Shown piece by piece: positions 14,027-26,723 of a stretch of 64,000 nt of DNA. This stretch comes from Eledone cirrhosa (taxonomy: Eukaryota), in assembly GCA_964016885.1 (NCBI GenBank), contig OZ024743.1, positions 240,250,001 through 240,314,000 on the forward strand. Reading direction: 5' to 3'. The position numbers and the translations under genes were made by a program. Each line of letters starts with the position of its first letter. Within the stretch, counting starts at the first letter, position 1. The notes under the pieces were generated by a model. It worked only from the letters and a program-made list of their open reading frames with translations, searched no databases and was not told where the DNA came from.

Positions 14027-16212
14027 CATTATTATTATTATTACATATACGCACACGTACAGAGGACGAAAGAAGGAAAGGTGTGCAGATTGTTGTAGAT
14101 AAATCAATACCAATTGAGTGGATAATGGTTCGATTCTGCAACCAGCCCTGCAGTATTTCCTTGAACAATCAGTTAATGACCAATACCACTACCTTGCTAC
14201 ACTGTGGGATTACGACTGTAAACTGTGACAACAGTTCCCTATTCAACTTCAGGTTGGCGATTGTCTTAATAAAGGGAGCACAATAAAACCACATCTTACA
14301 CGGTTTTAAATAGTGCGATTTTCATCATACTCAGTTACAAATATTTTTAAAAACAAATACAACCGTAAAACTTGTTTAATGCCATTTTCTGCCTGAAACC
14401 GTATTGCTAAATGTTTATGTCCCGTAACTAGCGGTTTGACAAACAGAAATCGATAAAATAAGTGCCAGATTTGAAAACATAAGTAATGAGGTTGATATAG
14501 GTGACTAAATCTATCTCCAAAGATTGAAAGCGGTAAAGAATAAAAGAGAATTAAGAATTCTATGGACGCAGCATAGAAATTCGTTTCGAAATCATTTGGT
14601 CCCGCGTTCAATCCCACTGTGTGGCATCTCGAGCATGTATTCTTTACCTTAGCTTCCGGTCAATCTATGCCTTGTCAGTGAAATTGAGTAGACAGAAAAT
14701 GTTGGAAAGTCAGTCAGATAGACTTTACCTGTAATTCAAATCACCAGCCATATCACAAATTGTGACACGCTGAACCTCCAAAAATTACGTTAAAAGTACA
14801 CTTGTCTCTGAAATGCTCACTAACTTACACGTTAATGTCATGAACAAGTTGTTCAGTTGATCGAACAATGAGAGTACTCATTATCGAAACCGACGGAGAT
14901 CCATTCTGATGCAAAATGCGGTCTCCAAATACAACACGGCTCCAACAGCCCAAAGTCAAGAGCTGGGAAACCGCAAGCCTGCCCAGCTAGCCAACTTGCT
15001 TAGAATGGAAAAAATAAAAGCACCAGGCTGGGTGTCTTGTGTAATGTTGTTTTTCACCGCCCGGGTTCACGCCGACTATTCATTTCACCAACTTCACACC
15101 GACTGTTTTTACCACGCCATCGACCTCAGACCAATTGCTTTCGCTACCAAACTCACACCAACTCCCTGCATTGGCCACTCCACCAGTTTAAATAGTCTAC
15201 CTCCAGTAAAACACACAAAAACCCGTATATCATGCTTCAAATCAGTCAAGTGGTCTGTTGTTCGTTTTTCCTCGCTTTCTTTTGTAGATCTGGGGAGCAG
15301 TGTTTCGAATTCAAATGATACCATTTGCAGCTGATGATTGACTTTACAATCTCCTTCGTAACAATTCACTAAATTTGAAGTAATTAAAATGGAATTTATT
15401 GTAAAGTGAAGGGAAAACTATAGTTGCTTAAGTATGTGCCTTTCATTGCCACTCCAAAAATAAACTACAGAAACTATATAGAAAGAGAGGCTTAGGAGTT
15501 TTAGAAAGGGTTTAAAATTCAAAGTTTTAAAGCGACATTTTTTATCCCTGTCCTAGATAAGAAAATCTTGTTTTTTTGTTTTCTACCCTTTCTTGTGGAT
15601 GCATATAAGTATGTAGAAAAATGTATTTGTCTGCGCCTATATATATATATATACAAATGGGCGTTTCTGTGCATATCCAAAGCGATGAAGGAGAACATGT
15701 AGTATTATGAGCTGTCACATGATTTGGCATGGTTGAGTATCGACTGTGTGGCGGAAAATACTAGCTTTGTAATTTTCTGGGAGTGTCAAAAACTAGATTT
15801 GTCAGCTTACCAAACTGTATTCGTTTATTTGTGGAGTAGAATGCATAATTAGGGAGAAGAGGATACAAATTGTAGAGCTTGTCTGGGGCGTTAAATACTT
15901 TGAAGTTTGTTCTGTTCATTCGATTAAAACACTAAATCAGGACTGGAACAAATTACTCAATTTAAATTAATTTTTAGTTGCTGTTCAATCTTAACTTTAT
16001 TGGATTTGGATGTAGAAAGACAATAATGTTGTTATGTTCTTATTTCTATTTTTTATTTTTGTTTTGCTTACAGAAGAAAATAATTTCGGAAGAGTTGAAT
16101 ATGTTTACACTTCATTCCTTTCACAGAGAAGACTTTTATTTCAGAAACTGTATTTATATACTCTCATTAAATCTATACTCATACACACACATTATATATA
16201 TATATATACATG

Positions 16213-16386
16213 TGCAGACCTGCCAACCGCTAAAGACTAAACATGAACAAAAATGACCCTAAATGGGGAGATTTTACATATTACATAATGAAAACTATAC
16301 ATATTTTCACAAGAGAAGATATCTGTAACCCACCCAAAATGGGTGGGAGATCTCCACGAGGGACGGGGAGATTTGACAGGTCTGCA
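16213..16386. mobile_element. MITE with TIRs TGCAGACCTG(C/T)CAA
   Basis: Starts TGCAGACCTGCCAA and ends TTGACAGGTCTGCA. A second copy lies at 28558-28755. Confidence 0.75.
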
Positions 16387-16424
<38 letters not shown>

Positions 16425-16656
16425 AGGGTGCTTCCGAATTGCTAGCAGATGTGATTAAAAAAATATGATGTATTACTGAGAGAGACAAGCCGTTGAAATA
16501 ACATCAAAATTTAGATGTGTCTCTATATCACTACATTGCGGTGTTTTGCATATGGATTACATATCGATTGCCTAATTGACTGCGTCATGATATCATGATG
16601 TAGCCATTTCACCACAAAAATACGTATTATGGCTATTGAGTAATTAAAGAAATAAT

Positions 16657-16839
16657 TGTTTCTACTTTTGGCACAAGGCCAGCAATTATCCAGTACATTA
16701 CTGGTACTTTATTTATCGATCCCGTAAGGATGAAAGGCAAAGTTAACCTCGGCAGGAATTGAACTCAGACCATAAAGAAACGTAACTATGCTAGAAAGCA
16801 TGGCGTCCAACCCTCTACCGATACTGCCAATTCACCGTC
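16657..16839 (-). mobile_element. tRNA-derived SINE with 17-bp target-site duplication
   Basis: GTAATTAAAGAAATAAT at 16640-16656 and 16840-16856 flanks a full SINE with A and B boxes on the minus strand. Confidence 0.9.
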
Positions 16840-16884
16840 GTAATTAAAGAAATAATGAAATCTTCCCCTCGTGTTCTATTATGG

Positions 16885-16967
<83 letters not shown>

Positions 16968-17257
16968 TAGTGATTAGCTCGTTGTCAGGCGAAACAACAA
17001 AAGGGTTTTGTCAGAATAAATTGTCTCAAATAAATATATATTCTTTGCTATTTTGTATTGAGTACATATTTCAAATGGCTTTCCTTACTTTTGTAGTAAG
17101 TAAAACAGAATTGTGTGTGTGTATGTGTGTTTACGAGTCTATCCCCACCTTTCTGGGCACCGGCTCTATATATAGACTATCCTGATCATATAAAGTCTGC
17201 GGAACACTCAGCCAGGTAAACGCTAATTCAATGAACAGGGAGAGTTTCATTGCCTTA

Positions 17258-18368
17258 CTATGTATTGTATAGTGTATGGGTTGTATAGTGTATGTGTTGT
17301 ATAGTGTATGTGTTGTATAGAGTATGTGTTGTATAGTGTATGTGTTGTATAGTGTATGTGTTGTATAGTGTATGTGTTGTATAGTGTATGGGTTGTATAG
17401 TGTATGGATTGTATAGTATATGGGTTGTATAGTGTATGTGTTGTATAGTGTATGTGTTGTATAGCGTATGTGTTGTATAGTGTATGTGTTGTATAGTGTA
17501 TGGGTTGTATAGTGTATGTGTTGTATAGTGTATGTGTTGTATAGTGTATGTGTTGTATAGTGTATGGGTTGTATAGAGTATGTGTTGTATAGTGTATGTG
17601 TTGTATAGAGTATGTGTTGTATAGTGTATGTGTTGTATAGTGTATGTGTTGTATAGCGTATGTGTTGTATAGTGTATGTGTTGTATAGTGTATGGGTTGT
17701 ATAGAGTATGTGTTGTATAGTGTATGTGTTGTATAGTGTATGTGTTGTATAGTGTATGGGTTGTATAGTGTATGGGTTGTATAGTGAATGTGTTGTATAG
17801 CGTATGTGTTGTATAGTGTATGGGTTGTATAGTGTATGTGTTGTATAGTGTATGTGTTGTATAGAGTATGTGTTGTATAGTGTATGTGTTGTATAGTGTA
17901 TCTGTTGTATAGTGTATGGGTTGTATAGTATATGTGTTGTATAGTATATGGGTTGTATAGTGTATGTGTTGTATAGTGTGTGTTGTATAGTGTATGTGTT
18001 GTATAGTGTATGGGTTGTATAGTGTATGGGTTGTATAGTGTATGTGTTGTATAGTGTATGTGTTGTATAGTGTATGGGTTGTATAGTGTGTGTGTTGTAT
18101 AGTGTATGGTTTGTATAGTGTATGGGTTGTATAGTGTATGTGTTGTATAGTGTATGTGTTGTATAGTGTGTGTGTTGTATAGTGTATGGGTTGTATAGTG
18201 TATGTGTTATATAGTGTATGTGTTGTATAGTTTATGGGTTGTATAGTGTATGTGTTGTATAGTGTATGTGTTGTATAGTGTATGCATTGTATAGTGTATG
18301 TGTTGTATAGTGTATGCGTTGTATAGTGTATGCGTTGTATAGTGTATGTGTTGTATAGTGTATGTGTA
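17258..18368. repeat. 16-bp minisatellite (TTGTATAGTGTATGTG)n, roughly 69 copies
   Basis: Read directly from the sequence. It explains the 410-aa pseudo-ORF with a 16-aa period (3 units). Confidence 0.97.
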
Positions 18369-18751
18369 TAACTGTGTTTATGTTGCATACGAATTGATAT
18401 GCTGGACGTTTTGTAAAGCTCCATTTGTATACATACATGTATAGACAGATAGACACACACACACATATAGGTTAACTTACATGCGGACAAACATTCTCAA
18501 ACAGACACACGTACAAAAATATACTCTGACACGCGCATACACTCACAGATATCCACCAACCCACACAATGGAAGGTGTGTTGTTTACATAATATGATTAT
18601 ATTTGACAGGAAATTTAGTACCAAATTCCAATTAACCAGACATATATCGTAGGTTTAGAGGAAATTTTCAACAATAGAGAAGCTTATGAAGTGTTACAAT
18701 TATTAGGTTACATAGAATCAACATATATTCCTTGTCTTTCATTATATATAC

Positions 18752-18821
<70 letters not shown>

Positions 18822-18855
18822 ATGTATGTACGTACGTATGTGTGTGAGTGTGTTT

Positions 18856-18903
<48 letters not shown>

Positions 18904-18930
18904 ATGTATGTACGTATGTGTGTGAGTGTG

Positions 18931-19042
<112 letters not shown>

Positions 19043-19442
19043 AACATATGTACTATTTCTTCAAAGAAAATAATATCCAAGGAACATACAAACTACCACC
19101 GTCGATATTAAAACGACACTGACGGCTTGCTACAGTTTGATTGCTTTCAAACTTCAAACCTCACTCAGGAACATTAAACACACGCGTAAACAAAATCTCT
19201 ATTATATACATTTACATATATGCACGTTCTATTCAGAGTGTCCTCTCAAGATAATCTAGAAGGAGGGCAGTGTTGTATCGTACCTGTAAATAAATGAACG
19301 TTTGCTTCGGATTGGCATTAAGGAAACTGTAAACCACGATAGACCCGTCTATTCAAAGTAACCACATAACAGTAATTTATGCTAAATGAGTAAATTAAAC
19401 AAACGTCTCTAAATCGTACTTCAATACACACGTAATACAGTT

Positions 19443-19557
<115 letters not shown>

Positions 19558-20014
19558 TATTTGTGTTGCTATTATATAATTTGTATGTTTAATCTCTTCA
19601 GATAGCAGATATGTATGTATGTGTATGTATATATTGTTAGTCATATACACATACATACTTATGTAGACATACATAAACGGATGAATTATATATATATATA
19701 TATATATAAGAAAAGTAAACGAGAACAATACAACAGTATTAGTTTAATGCTAAACAGCGTGAGTGAGTCTTAATGTTTTGAACGTTGGTCCTTCATCGTA
19801 AGATACAATGTTTGGGAGAGAGAAGAAACAGTAGGATAAAACGAGTGTAAGAAAAGAAATAAGACGGGGAAAACATCAGTCAAAAGGAAATGTGGTTATT
19901 CGGCTGTTAGGAAAGGTTGAATTTCAGAATAACGGGGTTCGTGTATTGGAGAATTAGAGAACGGGAGGTGAATGAGTGAGCGACAGATGACTGATTGAGC
20001 GAGTGAATCAGTGA

Positions 20015-20044
<30 letters not shown>

Positions 20045-20047
<3 letters not shown>

Positions 20048-20237
20048 GGAACGAGTAGGACCCCGACGGCTGAGCTCAAGCCGTTTCGACGGCTAACTCT
20101 CAGAGAATTAGCCGTCGAAACGGCTTGAGCTCAGCCGTCGGGTTCCTACTCGTTCCTATTACCCACTTTACTACCCTAAGTATTGAGTACTTTGGTGCGT
20201 TATGGTCCATCTGGTTCCTTACCACATTTCCTTCGTT
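20045..20237 (+). mobile_element. Fold-back element, family B (57-bp arms plus one-sided tail) in (TA)n
   Basis: ATAGGAACGAGTAGG...CGACGGCTAA / TTAGCCGTCGAAAC...CCTACTCGTTCCTAT, then a tail containing ATTGAGTACT. (TA)n on both sides. Confidence 0.85.
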
Positions 20238-20308
20238 ATATATATATATATATCCGTTCTCACCTCAGCTATACACTGGTTGAAATTTCGCTAATTTGTT
20301 GTGAAACT

Positions 20309-20452
<144 letters not shown>

Positions 20453-20514
20453 CGCTATAGTCGCATATATATTATGCAATACTGTTAGCTTCTCGCTACA
20501 ACAATTTCTATACT

Positions 20515-20546
<32 letters not shown>

Positions 20547-20573
20547 TGCAAACTTGACTGTCACCACAGAATA

Positions 20574-20612
20574 TGAACCTGAAGATTGTGAAAGCATGAA
20601 AGTAGTTGTTCA
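20574..20612 (+). ncRNA. Minimal type-I hammerhead ribozyme-like motif
   Basis: TGAAC-CTGAAGA-TTGT GAAA GCAT-GAAA-GTAG-TT-GTTCA. Stem I is TGAAC/GTTCA and stem II has a GAAA loop; stem III is degenerate. Confidence 0.55.
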
Positions 20613-20763
20613 ATTAACACTTAACATTTAATATTCTACCATACTATTTCATTCTAATAACATTATAATTTTAAAGGATTGTAAATAAAACGAGTAAATC
20701 AGACAAAGTTGGAATTCCTTTTATTAATATAATCTTCTATACACAATCATACACACCCGTGTA

Positions 20764-20820
<57 letters not shown>

Positions 20821-20825
<5 letters not shown>

Positions 20826-21012
20826 AACCAGTAGGACCCCGACAGCTGAGCTCAAGCCGTTTCGACGGCTAATTCTGGACAGAATTAGCCGTCGAAACGG
20901 CTTGAGCTCAGCTGTCGGGGTCCTACTGGTTCCTATTACCCACTCTACTACCTGAAGTATTGAGTACTTTGGTGCGTTATGGTCCACCTGGTTCCTTACC
21001 ACATTTCCTTCG

Positions 21013-21014
<2 letters not shown>
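20821..21014 (+). mobile_element. Fold-back element, family B
   Basis: Near-identical to 20045-20237, with a perfect hairpin, a GGAC loop and flanking (TA)n. Confidence 0.85.
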
Positions 21015-21050
<36 letters not shown>

Positions 21051-21268
21051 TACATATATATATACACACACACTCACATGTGTGTGTGTGTACGTATAGA
21101 CATTCACACACACACTCATATCTTTGTCTGGGAGAAATGTAATATTTAATTTCAGCCCTTCTGCAATGTTCAACAAAAGTTAGGAAATGATCAATTCTTG
21201 TAGACAATTCTTTTATTACGAATATTAAACTACGTCCTTGCATGATTGCAAATAGATGTTACTGAAAA

Positions 21269-21420
21269 CAGGGCCGGATTTAGATTTGATGAGACCCTAA
21301 GCTATTTGAGATAATGGGGTCCTTAATATGTCCAGATGTCCTATGTCAGCGACAAATTGTCGCTGTTTTTTGTGTGGCGGCCCTAAGCTATAGCTTGTTT
21401 AGCTTATACGTAAATCACAC
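21269..21420. mobile_element. Probable hAT-type MITE
   Basis: CAGGGCCGGATTTA terminus, internal repeated CCCTAAGCTA, and a degenerate complementary right end. Confidence 0.45.
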
Positions 21421-22834
21421 TCTGAGATGTCACGTATATGGACACATGAATAGATAAACATAATACGTGTTCTGCACATGAATAATTTAGGGAGAGACAT
21501 TTCTTAAAGCGTTGTCAACAACTAAATATATTTCCATACTGTGGACTGAACACATTTTGATATGGTTGTAAATATTACATTGCTTTCTCCCTTCAGTCAT
21601 TTGCTTAATCGGAAGCGTGAAACTCAGAAATACATGTTAAGAAGTTTTATGTTCTAATAACAGATATAAACTCTACTTCATGTTATATTTTTCTATAGTT
21701 GTAAACCCAATCACTATGTATATGTTAACTTTTGTGTACGTAGTTTTGTTTTGTAAGATCTAAGTGAACGTTGAGAAAAGATAAATTGGGCCGTGGACAG
21801 TGGACTCATATAGAATACACACACACATTATATATATATATATATGTGTGTGTGTATAAATATAGGTGTGTGTGGGGGGGGGGGGGGGGGGCACAATTTC
21901 GAAAATTAAATTTTGGCATAAATAGAAAGAACTTTCATTTAACATCAATAAAGACCCGGTATATAAAGAGAAAAGTATAGGATTACCATGAATTATGCAT
22001 GTTCGTATGTTCTGTTTTATGTTCAAACAGCTGTAGTATTTTGATGCATTTCTTTCCTATTACTTACTGAATAATTATCAGACTGAGCCCTTAATTTTAA
22101 CCAAGAGAAGCGAAAATGAGGTAATGCCAGTAAGGAAGAGATTAAGCCGAGTGTGTAATCCAGCATAGATTTTAATGTTTATGCAAAGCATTCATACATA
22201 TATTCAGTTTGATTCCTGTGTGTAATATAAACATAGGAAAATATAAATAAATGAGAAGAACAAAAACAAAACTGAGTATCTTTTTGATTTTGAATTAATT
22301 TTAAACAAAAACTTGCTTCTTTGACACCTGTCATTTGCAATGCATATATGGATCTGTAAATCCTGATAGAACCATAGAGGCATCATAGTGATATTTAAGA
22401 TCTGGCGGAGCCCATTCCCTCTCCAAGTCTGACAACAGCGAAAGAGAGAGAGAAAGAAAGAGAGGCAGAGAAAAGAGAAAGAGAGGGAGAGAAGGAGACA
22501 AAATGTGAAGTATGTGCAGTTGGACTGAGCAGAATTTGAACTCAGAGAGCCGAACGAATACCGTAAAACAGTCTATCCTACGATCTAAAGGTTTTGTCAA
22601 TTCGCCACCTATTGCATATGCAATATCCATTTCATATTCTGATAAAAACGATAATTAGCTATAACATCAATGACAAAGTATTTTCAAGCAATTTAGGTTA
22701 CTTAATAAACTTTTACAGGTTTTCTATTGTGTTTATTCAAGATAAATGTGTAACACGTAGGAGACTTAGATATGTATCTATTCCTTTGAAAATAGAATTT
22801 ATCCAGAGTATTGAAGTATTTAAGACTATTCAAC

Positions 22835-22930
22835 AGAATTCGTAATATAATGGGCTTGTCTCCCCACAGCCCCGGCGGACAGAATAGAGAAGGCGTTTCT
22901 CCGGTAGACGGCAAGGGAGACGCGCTGGTT
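22835..22930 (-). mobile_element. CRE-type LINE 3' fragment
   Basis: Homologous to 60400-60480 (agcccggcggacagaatagagaaggcgtttctccgg...gacgcgctgg). Confidence 0.65.
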
Positions 22931-24622
22931 GTTTAACTTCAGTCAATGTAGATGAGGGGGGGGGGCGTTAGTTATGCATCTAAGTTTCGTTGGTTGTTTG
23001 CCTTACCTACAACATCCCAACGCTTATTTTGTTAAATCTAACTAAAATATCAACGAATAAAAGCATAGCAAAGGTAGATAATTCTTTACATATGTAATCC
23101 CTAATTTTGTTTGTAAGGAACAGTCTACCTGAAGATCGGAGTAATTGTGTCTATTGTCTTCTAGTGAAACAGTTGTAAGTCCACTCCTTTCGGAAAAACC
23201 TGATCAGGAAGAGAGTTTTAGAAGACTGGCAGTCAGGCTAGAAATGAACTGTAATTATCATAACCACTAAAATAGTATACAATATGCTGCTTGTTAGTGG
23301 ATATTATAAGCGCACAAATACTTTGAAATATAATGTGCTACCTGTTAGTAGTTATTATAATCATCCAATTACTTTAAAATATGCTGCCCGGTAGTAATTA
23401 TCATAGCTAGCCAAATTATATTAAATAAAATATACTGCCCGTTAGGGGATATTATATCTATCCAAATATCATAAAATATACTGTCCAGTAATTAAGTCTG
23501 TGTTCCATTTCATATCGCTTTTTTCCTGGGTTAGCTAAAATTAACATTAGTTAATTACTGCTATCAGTCATACTCCCACAGCTACATAAACACCGAAGTG
23601 CATTGTGCTCATGTTAGAAATTATCAAAAACTAAACTAATTTCTCCGGACAAATAACTTCAACTTAATTGTCATAGTCCCACCTTCCAGATCTCTTCATA
23701 TATTTGTTGTCTGTTATAATCTGTTTCAAACCTAACCCATAATTCTATAAACGAAGTTAATTATTCTTATTCTACTGTCTATACTCGGAGTATCTTCGTA
23801 TCAGTTGTTTGCAATAATGCTTGCTTGATCCACTTAAACTAGTGTGGAAATGAAATGTCATGGATCGCCATCGATTTCGACGATGAGCGGACTAATTGTA
23901 TGATGAACAAATCAGCCTGCTCATGGATTTAACGTGTGCCCAGGTAAATTCAACGCAACAGACTTTAATTTACAGCCCATCCGACAGGCTTCCAGATAGC
24001 TTCCGTCTATCGATTTTTATTTCAAATGCATGGGTCGACCTGAAGTTATGGGAAATTTCACTTGGCCAAGGTGTCCCGCAGTAAGATCGAAACTGTGAAG
24101 TGAACTCAACCATTTGGCCATGCTGCCTTCAAAACCAAGACTATATATATATAGATGCACTAGTCTAGAGAATAAACACATGACAAGCAGATGGACTAAT
24201 GCACACAACACCTAACCAACTATTGTATTGACTGCACTATGGACAACGGGGTGAGAAGAGTCTACAGGAGTCAATTGAATAAAGAGAAACTGGAAATTCA
24301 GAGAGGATTAGCGTAACGGGAGACACCCGAACTTGGTGGTTGGGTAAAGCGGCCAAGACAGTGAGATTATAAAGACCAAAATTTGTCCGAATAAATCAAT
24401 GTTTAATAACGATAATTCCACATCCGACAAATTTAAACAAGATATTAAAAGAAATCATGGCCACTATCATAATTGAGTTGACAGAGTCTTTAGAGCGTCG
24501 GAAAATGCATAGAAGTGTTTGTTCCGGTTCTTAATTTTCTGAATTGAAATTCCACCGAGGTCAATTTTGCTTTTCATCCTCTCAAAATCGATAAATTAAA
24601 GTACCAGTCAAATACTGGACCC

Positions 24623-24660
<38 letters not shown>

Positions 24661-24885
24661 CGGGTTCATCCGTGGGTAACCACAGTAAGTAAGGTACTCA
24701 ATACATTAGTAGAGTATATACACAATTTAAAACAGAAATGGCTTCTACAAGACTAGAACTGTTTCATTCGAAGGAAATCAGCAGGAAATCCTGCTTGTGT
24801 AATAATGTGGTAGTATTTCTACGTTTACTGGTGGGTGGGGAAGGTGGCGACCTTTAGTATGGGTAGAGGTCATTGGTTGATAAAT
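24661..24885 (-). mobile_element. Non-palindromic copy of PLE pLTR family A
   Basis: Same sequence as the arms of 13000-13248 (ccacagtaagtaaggtactcaatac...gactagaactgtttcattcg), but it continues into unique upstream sequence. Confidence 0.7.
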
Positions 24886-24913
24886 ATATATATAAGAATT
24901 TTTACATATATAT

Positions 24914-25148
24914 ATTGGTTATAAGAAAAACAAGGCACATTCGTTGATTTTCAATTACACTTTTATTGATGCTTGAAATTCTCCTACACGTGTTTCAATA
25001 CATTTCTTAACTTCCGGCCTGTGAAATCTGTAATATTATATAAGCTATTATTTCCCACTGTGCAATTGTTCTAATATATTTCAATCTCAAGTGTTAATAA
25101 ATGTATGATTGATATCAACAAATGTACCATGTTTTTCTAATGACCAAT
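24914..25148. repeat. Old diverged fold-back with a hammerhead 3' half
   Basis: 24914-24980 is a diverged reverse complement of 25078-25148. The minus strand contains GAAA-CACGTG-TA followed by AATAAA. Confidence 0.55.
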
Positions 25149-25378
25149 TTATATCATATTATTCCGTTTAAGAGTGAAATCAAAAATTGTTTGGTTAAAA
25201 TTTTAATCTGTGCTAATGATATATATCTACGGTGTTATATATACTTATATATACAACACTTATCGAGTCCTCTCTGAATTTTTGTATTTACTACTATTAC
25301 TACTACTACTACTACTACTATATATATATTAGTAAATTATTTTTATATTTTACCTTGGTATTGTATTTTACCTTGGTA

Positions 25379-25643
25379 TTTCACAGTCACTAGGAAAGCT
25401 ATGAAAATATCACATTAGCTGCTCACATTCACAAAAAACTCTGGAATCAACAGATTTTATTCTTAACATTCAACTTCCACTGAGATCAAGAATACTTTTT
25501 ATCCTCCCATTCTTTGGTATATGAGTATCAATCAATTACACACTATAATGCTCTGACCATGGAGCCACGGTGACTCAAATCTATAAACTCCACCCCACTA
25601 CATATATATATATATTATATATAATCGGGGTCTTGAATCTTTT

Positions 25644-25705
<62 letters not shown>

Positions 25706-25781
25706 TTCCCTATACTCAATACTTAGGGTAGTAGTACTCTGGTGCGTTATGATCCACCTGGTATCTTACCACACCTTTTTT

Positions 25782-25817
<36 letters not shown>

Positions 25818-26007
25818 CGAAGGAAATGTGGTAAGGAACCAGGTGGACCATAACGCACCAAAGTACTCAATACTTGAGGTAGTAGAGTGGGTAATAGGAA
25901 CCAGTAAGACCCCGACAGCTGAGCTCAAGCCGTTTCGACGGCTAATTCTGGTCCAGAATTAGCCGTCGAAACGGCTTGAGCTCAGCTGTCGGGGTCTTAC
26001 TGGTTCC

Positions 26008-26038
<31 letters not shown>

Positions 26039-26216
26039 ATATATTTAGAAACACACAGATACATGCGGACACACACATATATACATGAATGCATCCGCAC
26101 CCAACTGTGAGTTAAGGGTGCCAACTTCACCGATGTTGCTCAATGAATGACCGGGACAGTTTAGGTATGATACATTTTATTACTAATTATATCTAAATGT
26201 TTCTTCTCTCTTCATA

Positions 26217-26270
<54 letters not shown>

Positions 26271-26491
26271 AGTGGAGTGGAATCTATAGATTTGAGTCAC
26301 CGTGGCTCCATGGTCAGAGCATTATAGTGTGTAATTGATTGATACTCATATACCAAAGAATGGGAGGATAAAAAGTATTCTTGATCTCAGTGGAAGTTGA
26401 ATGTTAAGAATAAAATCTGTTGATTCCAGAGTGTTTTGTGAATGTGAGCAGCTAATGTGATATTTTCATAGCTTTCCTAGCGACTGTGAAA
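25379..26491. repeat. ~220-bp near-identical inverted repeats (25379-25600 and 26268-26491) enclosing nested insertions
   Basis: TTTCACAGTCACTAGGAAAGC...CCACTACA matches the reverse complement of TGTAGTGG...GCTTTCCTAGCGACTGTGAAA. Confidence 0.9.
25815..26010 (-). mobile_element. Fold-back element, family B (reverse orientation); a tail-only fragment lies at 25706-25785
   Basis: Reverse complement of 20821-21014, in (TA)n. Confidence 0.85.
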
Positions 26492-26684
26492 ACGGCACGG
26501 CTGGGGATCGAATTTAAGCTGCATACTAGACTCTTTAAGAGTTTAATACAGTACGACACTCATTAATAGATACTTGACGGGCGGCGGTTATATGAATAAT
26601 ATATGGTGTGTAGATGTAAACATATATATATATATATATAAGTGCAGATATATGTATATGCCTCCGTGAGTGTATTATGCATGC

Positions 26685-26723
<39 letters not shown>

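Noticed and set aside
17258-18490. 410-aa ORF with HTLYNTYTIQ repeats
   Set aside because: It is the translation of a 16-bp minisatellite that lacks stops on that strand.
19760-19803. Hammerhead-like remnants (also 62552-62592, minus strand)
   Set aside because: The cores are too degenerate; probably old pLTR debris and not callable.
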